Assembly (NCBI GenBank): GCA_016779995.1
Contig: JADHMO010000003.1
Location: 102,733-166,732, forward strand
Direction: 5' to 3'
Length of the DNA: 64,000 nucleotides
From: Flavobacteriales bacterium
GTDB lineage: Bacteria > Bacteroidota > Bacteroidia > Flavobacteriales > UBA7312
Every line of letters starts with the position of its first letter. Positions within the stretch are counted from its first letter, which is position 1. Shown here piece by piece: positions 38,592-47,654 of this stretch. The position numbers and the translations under genes are program-made. The notes beneath the pieces are model-generated. The model did not search any database and was not told the DNA's origin. It saw only the letters and a list, made by a program, of their open reading frames with translations.

Positions 38592-39104
38592 CTATTTGTC
38601 AGTTTTCTTAGCTGCGGTTTTTTTAGCAGCTGGTTTTTTAGCTGTAGTTTTTTTAGCAGCGGCTTTTGGCTTAGCAGCACTTGCTGTTTTGGCCTTAGGA
38701 GCTGCTTTTTTGGCTGGAGCTTTTTCTGCTGCTGCTTTTGGTTCAGCTTCTTTCTTTGCTGAAGTAGCAGTAGCTTTTTTAGCTGTAGCACCTTTTTCTA
38801 CAATACTTTGGATTTCAATTTGAGTGAAAGCTTGGCGATGACCATTTTTTACTCTGTATCCTTTTCTTCTTTTCTTTTTGAAGACAACGACTTTGTCTCC
38901 TTTCATGTGGTCAAGCACTTTTGCAGTTACTTTTGCACCACTGATAGCTGGGGCGCCAACATTAACTTTGCCATTGTTGTCAATCAATAATACATTATCG
39001 AATTCAACTTTAGCACCTTCTTTTTCCTCTAGTCGATGAACGAAGATTTGTTGGTCTTTTTCAACTTTGAATTGTTGCCCTGCTATTTCTACAATTGCGT
39101 ACAT
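38592..39104 (-). CDS. rplU: 50S ribosomal protein L21 with ~65-aa Lys/Ala-rich C-terminal extension
   Basis: [14 protein letters not shown]...[23 protein letters not shown] is the canonical L21 core (about 103 aa). It is followed by [62 protein letters not shown]. Confidence 0.9.
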   Translation of the reverse strand: MYAIVEIAGQQFKVEKDQQIFVHRLEEKEGAKVEFDNVLLIDNNGKVNVGAPAISGAKVTAKVLDHMKGDKVVVFKKKRRKGYRVKNGHRQAFTQIEIQSIVEKGATAKKATATSAKKEAEPKAAAEKAPAKKAAPKAKTASAAKPKAAAKKTTAKKPAAKKTAAKKTDK

Positions 39105-39144
39105 TCTTAAAGTTTTAATTTATCCACTATTTTTTAGTGGGCTG

Positions 39145-39174
39145 CAAATGTAGTAATTAATATATAATTGACAA
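39145..39174 (-). promoter_or_regulatory. candidate Bacteroidota sigma-A promoter for rplU-rpmA
   Basis: Minus strand reads TTTG (39175-39172), 19 nt, then TACATTTG (39152-39145). This fits TTTG/TAnnTTTG well. A small hairpin CCACTA-AAAAA-TAGTGG (39140-39124) follows in the leader. Confidence 0.5.
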
Positions 39175-39181
39175 AAAAAAA

Positions 39182-40069
39182 TTAGGCTTTGTTAATCAAG
39201 TGTATTCCCCCTAGAATTATAGCAATGCCAATAAAATGATTTAGGGTAATGATTTCGCCATCTACAAAGCCCCAAAAAATAGCAACAATAGGGATTAAAT
39301 AAGTTACTGAAGAAGCAAAAATAGCAGTGGTGCCCTTCACTAATTGGTTAAATAAAACTAAGGCTATAGATGTGCCTACCGTTGATAGTAACACCACAAA
39401 GAATAAGGCTAAATATGCGCCGTCAATTGTCATCTTCTCTGAAAAATCAGAAAACCCTAATGCTAGTAAACAAAATGGCCCAACCACAAAAAAGGCTAAG
39501 CCTGAAATGTCCATGGCACTCATGTCTTGTAAATAATTCTTAATAGTATTTAAACTGATAGCGTAACATAGGGTAGCAATGATAACATACCACGAATAAC
39601 TAGCATTTTCTAACACTAAGCCGCCACCTGCAATGAGCCAAACAGCACCAGAAAGTCCTAATAAAATACCTATCAGCTGACTGACTTTAACTTTGGTTTT
39701 AAATAACAACATGGCTAGTACAAAGGTAAAGAGAGGGACTAAGGCATTCAATATACCAATGAGTGAGCTATCCAATTGTGTCTGTGCTTTTGTAAACAAA
39801 AAAGCTGGAAAGCCGTTTCCAAACAAACCCACAATAAGTATTGGAATAATATGCTTTTTCTCTATGGAAAAAAGTTTGTTCCAAACAAATGGTAGAAGAC
39901 TCAACCAAGCAATGCCCATTCTGAGTTGTGCTACTTCGAGGTCGTTAAATACTACTAAACCTTTTTTCATCAATATGAAAGAACTTCCCCAAATGAATGC
40001 TAAAAGAATCATTAAGGCCCAGTGATAAAATTTTTTGGAAGATAAATCCACGTACAATAATTTTTGCAA
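39182..40069 (-). CDS. EamA/DMT superfamily transporter
   Basis: 10 predicted TM helices in two EamA-like halves. About 295 aa. Confidence 0.8.
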   Translation of the reverse strand: MQKLLYVDLSSKKFYHWALMILLAFIWGSSFILMKKGLVVFNDLEVAQLRMGIAWLSLLPFVWNKLFSIEKKHIIPILIVGLFGNGFPAFLFTKAQTQLDSSLIGILNALVPLFTFVLAMLLFKTKVKVSQLIGILLGLSGAVWLIAGGGLVLENASYSWYVIIATLCYAISLNTIKNYLQDMSAMDISGLAFFVVGPFCLLALGFSDFSEKMTIDGAYLALFFVVLLSTVGTSIALVLFNQLVKGTTAIFASSVTYLIPIVAIFWGFVDGEIITLNHFIGIAIILGGIHLINKA

Positions 40070-40111
40070 AGATATGTTAGTATTTTTGTAACTCTAAAAA
40101 ACTATCCAATT

Positions 40112-40486
40112 ATGTTAAAATTATTTATTACCCCCTCATTATTAGTATTCTTATTGATAGGCTGTGGTCAGTCTAATTCATCTGAATATAAAGAAGAAGT
40201 TCTTGCTGTAGCTGACGCCAAAGTAGAAATGACGATTGATGGCATGAGCTGTCAGGTCGGTTGTGCAGCTTATATTGATAAAGAACTTGAAAAAGTTAGT
40301 GGTGTGGTTTCTGCTGATGTAAGTTTCGAAAATAAGTTAGCATCGGTTACCTACGACAACAGTTTGATTAGCGAATACGATATTGTTAGTACGATAAATT
40401 CTTTGAAAGATAGTGCTTATTCTGTAACATCTGTAGAAGTAGAAATTTTGAAAACGGTAGAAAAGAAAAAAATCGATACCCACTAA
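40112..40486 (+). CDS. heavy-metal-associated (HMA) domain lipoprotein, CxxxC variant
   Basis: Lipobox LLIGCGQ after MLKLFITPSLLVFL. HMA fold motif VEMTIDGMSCQVGCAAYIDKELEKVSGVVSADVSF. ATG 40112 is preferred over the TTG/ATG-extended ORF start at 40064. Confidence 0.7.
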   Translation: MLKLFITPSLLVFLLIGCGQSNSSEYKEEVLAVADAKVEMTIDGMSCQVGCAAYIDKELEKVSGVVSADVSFENKLASVTYDNSLISEYDIVSTINSLKDSAYSVTSVEVEILKTVEKKKIDTH

Positions 40487-40489
40487 AAA

Positions 40490-41500
40490 ATGAATTCATA
40501 CTCTAGGCGTTTTGTTCGTTTCAATTGGTGGGCTTTGGTGTTCATCTTTCTAGTAGTCATTGCTGGTAGTTTTGTGCGTACGACGGGTAGTGGAATGGGT
40601 TGCCCCGATTGGCCCAAGTGCTTTGAGCAGTGGGTGCCTCCGACTGATAGTAGCCAAATACCACCAAACTATAAAGAGAGGTTCAGTCAACAAAGAGCTG
40701 AAAAGGTAGAAAAGTTTGGTGATATAATTTCTGTATTTGGTATGTCCGATGTGGCAGAGCAACTCAAAAATGACCCAAACTTACACAAAGAAGAAGATTT
40801 TAATGTTCGTAAAACGTGGACGGAGTATATCAATAGGTTGTTTGGCTTTTTAGCTGGTAATTCTTTATTGATTATTTTCTTTTGGATTGCCTTGTATTAC
40901 CGAAAAAACAAACGCTTGTTTTTAGTGTCTTTTGTCAATCTTATTTTAATTGCTTTTCAAGCTTGGTTTGGTTCAATTGTAGTCGCCTCTAACTTAGTGC
41001 CATGGACCATAACCTTGCATCTATTTTTTGCTTTAGTCATTATAGGATTGCAGTTGTACGTCATACGATTGGTAAGCCCTTCTCAAAGTCAAAATATACA
41101 ATTGTCAAAAGAACTTTATATTTTGCTGTGGCTATGTTTTATTATTACGGCTGTTCAAATGTTTTTGGGTACACAAGTCAGAGAGTCTATAGATGCCTTA
41201 ACACGACTTGGTATTGGCCGTGAGCAATGGACAGAATCCCTTGGATTGCCATTCTTTATTCATAGAAGTTTCTCTTGGTTGGTATTGGGATTGTTAGCTT
41301 ATATGGCTTACAAAAACGAACGTACTTACAAGTATAAAATCATACGATGGTTATTCATAATTCTAGTTATTGAACTTCTAAGTGGTGTTTTATTGGCTCA
41401 TATAGATATGATTGGCTTAATACAAAACGCTCATCTATTATTTGCCACCATCTTATTCGGGATACTATTTATGATGGTGTTTAGAATTAAATTACGTTAA
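40490..41500 (+). CDS. ctaA: heme A synthase (COX15/CtaA family)
   Basis: GSGMGCPDWPKC motif after TM1, 8 TM helices, and conserved His in TM helices (TLHLFFA, NAHLLFA). Confidence 0.8.
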   Translation: MNSYSRRFVRFNWWALVFIFLVVIAGSFVRTTGSGMGCPDWPKCFEQWVPPTDSSQIPPNYKERFSQQRAEKVEKFGDIISVFGMSDVAEQLKNDPNLHKEEDFNVRKTWTEYINRLFGFLAGNSLLIIFFWIALYYRKNKRLFLVSFVNLILIAFQAWFGSIVVASNLVPWTITLHLFFALVIIGLQLYVIRLVSPSQSQNIQLSKELYILLWLCFIITAVQMFLGTQVRESIDALTRLGIGREQWTESLGLPFFIHRSFSWLVLGLLAYMAYKNERTYKYKIIRWLFIILVIELLSGVLLAHIDMIGLIQNAHLLFATILFGILFMMVFRIKLR

Positions 41501-41533
41501 ATTTAATTTTACTAAATGTAGAATTACTTATCC

Positions 41534-42724
41534 TTACATTCCTTTCAGTTGATTTTCTAAGAATTTTATTCGTTTATCCATTTCAAAAATGTGAAGGTAA
41601 AGTTCTTCAATTTTTTCTAGATTAATTTCGGTAGCTCGATTGACAATAATTCCTCCTTGATTTTTGATGTCTTGCCTCGATGGAACGCCTGGTAAATGAT
41701 GGTTTTCCTTGACGAATTTTTCAACTTTTTCAAGGGCTTTAAATTGATAGTTTGGATTGAATTCACTATTGCCTTCATAAAAATGTTCAAATACATAATC
41801 TGGTGTTATAGTGCCCGTGGCTAATATATTGCCATTTACGTGAAGTTTTTCTGTTGGATTGTTATTTCCAATACCTATATTACCTCCATTTTTTATTATC
41901 AATCTCGGAGAGAAGTTTTCACTGTAGCCAAATAGTTTTAAATTTCCAATCCTCATCGGATTTCCACCATCGTCGTATTCTGTACAAAATAATCGATAGT
42001 ATCTGTAAGCATTTGTATTAGGGATATTAGTTTCATAATTATATGAGTAAGTCATTTCTGATTTACTATCTAAAGTAGTCCAATTCGAATTATCGTTTGA
42101 GCCTTGAAACTCCCAACTTATTGGTCCTCTAGTAAGATTTGAGGAAAAAATTGCAGGTGTTTCAATTCTGTATTTATTCACGATATTATTAGAAGTGCCA
42201 AAATCATATGTGCACCATTGCGGTAAATTACTTGAACCGTTATTGATAGATGCAGCCCATAGTGTTGTTGCGTTATTATCAATTAAGTTATTAGCACAAC
42301 ACCCTATAGAAACAGTAGGGTTTATAGAACTTGTAAATTCTGCTGAATTTGACGGGTTTCCTACTGCAAATTCTAAGTTATTGTCTTCTTGATAGTTAAT
42401 AAATACGCTGCCAAATTCAGTTAAATTAATCCTTTGAATATTATTAGTCATAACTCTTAAATCTTCATTATTAGTAGTTCCTAATGTGTTAGTGCTATTA
42501 GTATTATTATTGCTATATGTTGTCCAAAAAGTATTCCATTTTGTTCCATCGTAGTAATACATATTATTTTGAACAAAAGCTAAACTGCCAGTAGCAGGTG
42601 ATGTAATATTATTTAAATCGTTTAAATTAGAAATATTATGTATTCTTATAAGTTGGTCGGCAGTTTGGGCATTAACAGATAAACTAATGCTTAGTATCAA
42701 TATTAGTAGATAAATTTTTTTCAT
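41534..42724 (-). CDS. secreted tail-fibre-like surface protein with discoidin (F5/8 type C)-like central domain and C-terminal coiled coil
   Basis: Signal peptide MKKIYLLILILSISLSVNAQ. N-terminal SPATGSLAFVQNNMYYYDGTKW motif. Central region LWAAS...PQWCTYDFG...YRIET...WEFQGSNDNSNWTTLD...YRYYRLF resembles galactose-binding-like domains. NIGIGNNNPTEKLHVNGNILATG and PDYVFE...LPGVPS...KIEELYLHIFEMDKRIKFLENQL resemble Bacteroidota tail-fibre-domain proteins. Confidence 0.7.
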   Translation of the reverse strand: MKKIYLLILILSISLSVNAQTADQLIRIHNISNLNDLNNITSPATGSLAFVQNNMYYYDGTKWNTFWTTYSNNNTNSTNTLGTTNNEDLRVMTNNIQRINLTEFGSVFINYQEDNNLEFAVGNPSNSAEFTSSINPTVSIGCCANNLIDNNATTLWAASINNGSSNLPQWCTYDFGTSNNIVNKYRIETPAIFSSNLTRGPISWEFQGSNDNSNWTTLDSKSEMTYSYNYETNIPNTNAYRYYRLFCTEYDDGGNPMRIGNLKLFGYSENFSPRLIIKNGGNIGIGNNNPTEKLHVNGNILATGTITPDYVFEHFYEGNSEFNPNYQFKALEKVEKFVKENHHLPGVPSRQDIKNQGGIIVNRATEINLEKIEELYLHIFEMDKRIKFLENQLKGM

Positions 42725-42733
42725 AGCACATTC

Positions 42734-42833
42734 GAGATGAGATGAGATGAGATGAGATGAGATGAGATGAGATGAGATGAGATGAGATGAGATGAGATGA
42801 GATGAGATGAGATGAGATGAGATGAGATGAGAT
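42734..42833. repeat. perfect pentanucleotide microsatellite (GATGA)n, 100 nt = 20 unit lengths
   Basis: Counted directly: GA, then 19 x GATGA (42736-42830), then GAT. Flanked on both sides by CATAGC (42722-42727 and 42834-42839). Confidence 0.97.
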
Positions 42834-42868
42834 CATAGCTTTAAATAAAATAAGGTTTGTAAAGTTAC

Positions 42869-42900
42869 AAAAAAAGCCCCCATTTTGGGAGCTTTATTTA
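42869..42900 (-). terminator. rho-independent terminator after groEL
   Basis: Minus strand reads AAAGCTCCC-AAAAT-GGGGGCTTT followed by T7. Confidence 0.65.
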
Positions 42901-42921
42901 TAAATAGTTAGAAATTTCCTT

Positions 42922-44831
<1,910 letters not shown>

Positions 44832-44873
44832 ATTTTTTTAGGTTTAAATTAATATTCAATTATAGCATAAATC

Positions 44874-44896
44874 AAAAAATGTGCCACAAGGGCACA
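44874..44896 (-). terminator. terminator hairpin after secG; a second AT-rich hairpin lies at 44916-44939
   Basis: Minus strand reads TGTGCC-CTTGT-GGCACA followed by T6. Nearer to secG there is a perfect 10-bp stem TTTTTTCAGA-TTGT-TCTGAAAAAA. Confidence 0.55.
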
Positions 44897-44949
44897 CTTA
44901 TTTGATATAATGACTTTTTTTCAGATTGTTCTGAAAAAATGACAAATTG

Positions 44950-45285
44950 TTATTCCGCTGGAGCTTCCTGTATCGGAAGAGAAGGAAGAGCTTGAGTTGG
45001 GATAGCTGTTTCGTCAAGTTGTTCTTTCATAATAGACTGGTTTTGTACTCCTCCAGAGTTGGTAGAAGAGATAGCAAAATTTGATGCTAGTGAAAAAACC
45101 AATAATGCAATTGCTAAATACCAAGTCGCTTTTTCTAAAAAGTCAGCAGTTTTTTTAACTCCCATTACTTGATTTCCACCGCCAAAAGTTGCAGATAAAC
45201 CACCACCTTTAGGGTTTTGAACCAATACTACTAACACTAGCAAAATGCAGGTTATTACTATTAAAACTGAGAAAATCGTGTACAT
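44950..45285 (-). CDS. secG: preprotein translocase subunit SecG
   Basis: Two TM helices flanking NPKGGGLSATFGG. About 110 aa. Confidence 0.85.
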   Translation of the reverse strand: MYTIFSVLIVITCILLVLVVLVQNPKGGGLSATFGGGNQVMGVKKTADFLEKATWYLAIALLVFSLASNFAISSTNSGGVQNQSIMKEQLDETAIPTQALPSLPIQEAPAE

Positions 45286-45289
45286 AAGA

Positions 45290-46000
45290 TTATTTATTTT
45301 TTGTGATCAATTGATCGATTAATTCAATTTGGGATGCAAATAAAGAACTTTTTTGGGGATATTTCAAGGAAAGCTGATGATATGCTGCTTTTGCTTTTTC
45401 ATAATGCCCTTGTTCTAAATAGACTTTTGCTAGTGTTTCTGTAACTATATCGAAGTGAAACTTTACGCTTTCTTTGGCTTTATCACTAGCAGAATAGAAT
45501 TCTTTTTTTGGTTTTCTATCCCTATTGGCAATAAAGTCTTCAATAAGATTTACTTTTTTCTGTAGTTTATTTTCACTCGCTTTGCTTCTTTGGATGGGTT
45601 TAGCATGACTTAATTTTAACCATTCATTAAAGGAATGTGTTTCTTCTTTATCAAATTCTAAAGGCTGACCAATGTTTAACTCCTTTTTAATTTGCGTTGT
45701 TTCACTAGAGAGGTCTTTCTGAACCTCTTTTTTGTTTAACCTTGGCTCAACTTCTTTGACCTTTTCTTCTGTCAAAAAGTAAAAAAGTCGTTTTCTATCT
45801 GTACTATATGCGGCTGTTTTTTTTAGTATCTGATTATAATGAATGTTATTTGTGTTTTGAAGACCTTTTAAATGTAATATCCTAGAAGTTGAGCAAAATG
45901 GATAGGTCTCAATCAATTCCATGAGTATTTTGGTGTCATCAGCGTCAATTTTATTGGGGTTGCTGATCCAATTTGAATATGTTTCTTTAGGGTTTACCAA
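45290..46000 (-). CDS. conserved hypothetical protein with C-terminal TPR-like motif
   Basis: Lys/Glu-rich middle. C-terminus TETLAKVYLEQGHYEKAKAAYHQLSLKYPQKSSLFASQIELI is TPR-like. Overlaps the lptE stop. Confidence 0.5.
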   Translation of the reverse strand: MVNPKETYSNWISNPNKIDADDTKILMELIETYPFCSTSRILHLKGLQNTNNIHYNQILKKTAAYSTDRKRLFYFLTEEKVKEVEPRLNKKEVQKDLSSETTQIKKELNIGQPLEFDKEETHSFNEWLKLSHAKPIQRSKASENKLQKKVNLIEDFIANRDRKPKKEFYSASDKAKESVKFHFDIVTETLAKVYLEQGHYEKAKAAYHQLSLKYPQKSSLFASQIELIDQLITKNK

Positions 46001-46497
46001 TTGGTGAATGCTTCGTTAAATATATCGTCTATTAATTGGGATACAATTTCTTCGTTTAAAGATTCTTCAATAGTAGTAAAATCTTGTGAGCTCTCATAAT
46101 CTGCGTATCTACTAAAAGTTTTGTCGTAATTACTTTCTTCATCTATAATGTTGACGAATTTGACTTTAACAGTTATACTTAGTCGATTTTTAGAGGCGGT
46201 TTCATTAGCTTGTATAGCAATGGGATTAATGCTGTAGTTCGTAATTCGCCCACTGAATATCAAATCACCATCATTATTTAATGGTATAAGGTTTGTTTCT
46301 GATGAAAATTTATCTTTTAATGCTTCTGTTAGGGCGTTGGATAACACCGGCGGTGCTAAAGAGGCTACATTTTCAAATGGATTTATGCTTACGCTTTTTA
46401 CCTCGTTGGAAATTGATGCACCGCTTAATGAGTATATTCCGCAAGAGCTAATTCCAAATAGCAGGGCAATTAAACAGATATATGGTAGTCTTGTCAC
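45994..46497 (-). CDS. lptE: LPS assembly lipoprotein LptE-like
   Basis: Lipobox FGISSCG. YSLSGASISNEVKSVSINPFENVASLAPPVLSNALTEALKDKF resembles the flavobacterial LptE family. Confidence 0.6.
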   Translation of the reverse strand: MTRLPYICLIALLFGISSCGIYSLSGASISNEVKSVSINPFENVASLAPPVLSNALTEALKDKFSSETNLIPLNNDGDLIFSGRITNYSINPIAIQANETASKNRLSITVKVKFVNIIDEESNYDKTFSRYADYESSQDFTTIEESLNEEIVSQLIDDIFNEAFTNW

Positions 46498-47654
46498 AAC
46501 AAATACTCTTTAATTTTTCTATATAATGTGCGCTCAGATATTCCTAATTCTTCTGCTGCATCTTTTCTTCTTCCTTGATGTCTATTTAAAGCTTTTTCAA
46601 TTAGTATTTTTTCTTGTTCTTGTAGTGTTAAAAAAGTTTCCTCTTCTTTTTCTTCAACTTGTTCTTTTATATGAATAGCTGGTTTTTCTATATAATGGTT
46701 GATGACTTTCTCATTATCAATTTCTTGATGTTTGTCGCCCATCAATTCTTTAGTCACTCGCTTTAAATCGTTCAAGTCGTTTTTCATATCAAAGAGGACT
46801 TTATAGAGTATTTCTCTTTCTGAGATGTCATTTTCTGCTTTCTCGTTTTTGAATAATACGGGTGTTGTATTCTGTTTCGGGATATAATTTTTTAGAGTAT
46901 CATAGCTGATACTTCTGTCTTGTTCTACGGCAGATATCTGTTCGGCTACGTTTTTAAGCTGTCTAATATTTCCTGGCCAAGAGTAATTGTGTAACAACTC
47001 AACAGCTTCCTCTTGTAAGCGAATGGGAGGGATATGATACCTGTCAGCAAAGTCCGAAGCGAATTTTCTAAATAATAAATGTATATCTTCTGTTCTTTCT
47101 CTTAAAGATGGCATTTTTATGTTGATTGTATTTAATCGGTAATACAAGTCTTCTCTAAATTTCCCTTTATTGATGGCTTCTTCAATATTCACATTGGTAG
47201 CTGCAATGACTCTAACATCTACTTTTTTTACCTGACTTGAGCCTACTTTCATGAACTCTCCACTTTCCAATACTCTTAGTAGCCTTACTTGAGTGCTTAA
47301 GGGCAATTCACCGACTTCATCTAAGAATATTGTGCCGCCATCTGCAACTTCAAAATAACCTTGTCTATTATCACTTGCTCCCGTAAAGGCGCCTTTTTCG
47401 TGACCAAAAAGTTCGCTATCAATGGTACCTTCTGGAATTGCACCACAGTTGACAGCAATATATTTATTATGTTTTCTTTGACTGTTGTAGTGTATAATCT
47501 TAGGCATAGATTCCTTGCCCACGCCGCTTTCTCCAGTTATCAATACTGAAATATCTGTCGGTGCTATTTGTACAGCCGTATTGATGGCTCGGTCTAATTT
47601 GTTTGAATTACCAATTATACCAAACCGTTGTTTTATGTCTTGGTGCTTAATCAT
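46494..47654 (-). CDS. sigma-54-dependent transcriptional activator (AAA+ plus Fis-type HTH, no N-terminal sensor/receiver domain)
   Basis: The AAA+ domain starts within about 10 aa of the N-terminus. Walker A GESGVGKE, sigma-54 contact loop GAFTGA, Walker [11 protein letters not shown]-terminal [22 protein letters not shown]. Confidence 0.85.
   Translation of the reverse strand: MIKHQDIKQRFGIIGNSNKLDRAINTAVQIAPTDISVLITGESGVGKESMPKIIHYNSQRKHNKYIAVNCGAIPEGTIDSELFGHEKGAFTGASDNRQGYFEVADGGTIFLDEVGELPLSTQVRLLRVLESGEFMKVGSSQVKKVDVRVIAATNVNIEEAINKGKFREDLYYRLNTINIKMPSLRERTEDIHLLFRKFASDFADRYHIPPIRLQEEAVELLHNYSWPGNIRQLKNVAEQISAVEQDRSISYDTLKNYIPKQNTTPVLFKNEKAENDISEREILYKVLFDMKNDLNDLKRVTKELMGDKHQEIDNEKVINHYIEKPAIHIKEQVEEKEEETFLTLQEQEKILIEKALNRHQGRRKDAAEELGISERTLYRKIKEYLL

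Noticed and set aside
38558-38823. 77-aa minus-strand and 79-aa plus-strand ORFs ([14 protein letters not shown]..., [13 protein letters not shown]...) near the rpmA/rplU junction.
   Set aside because: Both are alternative-frame readings of the GCn/AAr low-complexity DNA that encodes the Lys/Ala tail of L21. The L21 frame is continuous with a canonical L21 core, so these are artefacts.
40064-40111. N-terminal extension of the HMA lipoprotein ORF (MQRYVSIFVTLKNYPI...). Comparable extensions occur at 49203-49283 (topA), 52822-52848 (porP-like), 59723-59734 and 61193-61246 (Wbp-like genes).
   Set aside because: In each case an internal ATG gives the canonical family N-terminus (signal peptide, TOPRIM, Rossmann motif, MKIPFIDL). 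The extension would also overlap the upstream gene or the divergent gene's start region.
44872-44886. Sigma-54-like motif TGGCAC-N5-TTGA on the minus strand about 40 nt upstream of groES, 2-3 kb downstream of the sigma-54 activator gene.
   Set aside because: The -12 element reads GA instead of the near-invariant GC. The TGGCAC is half of a GC-rich hairpin (TGTGCC/GGCACA) followed by T6, which is better explained as the secG terminator. It would only be worth revisiting if a genome-wide sigma-54 motif model for this organism tolerates TTGA.
44832-44949. Looked for a CIRCE element (TTAGCACTC-N9-GAGTGCTAA) or another heat-shock operator upstream of groES.
   Set aside because: No match to CIRCE. 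Only the two terminator-type hairpins are present.
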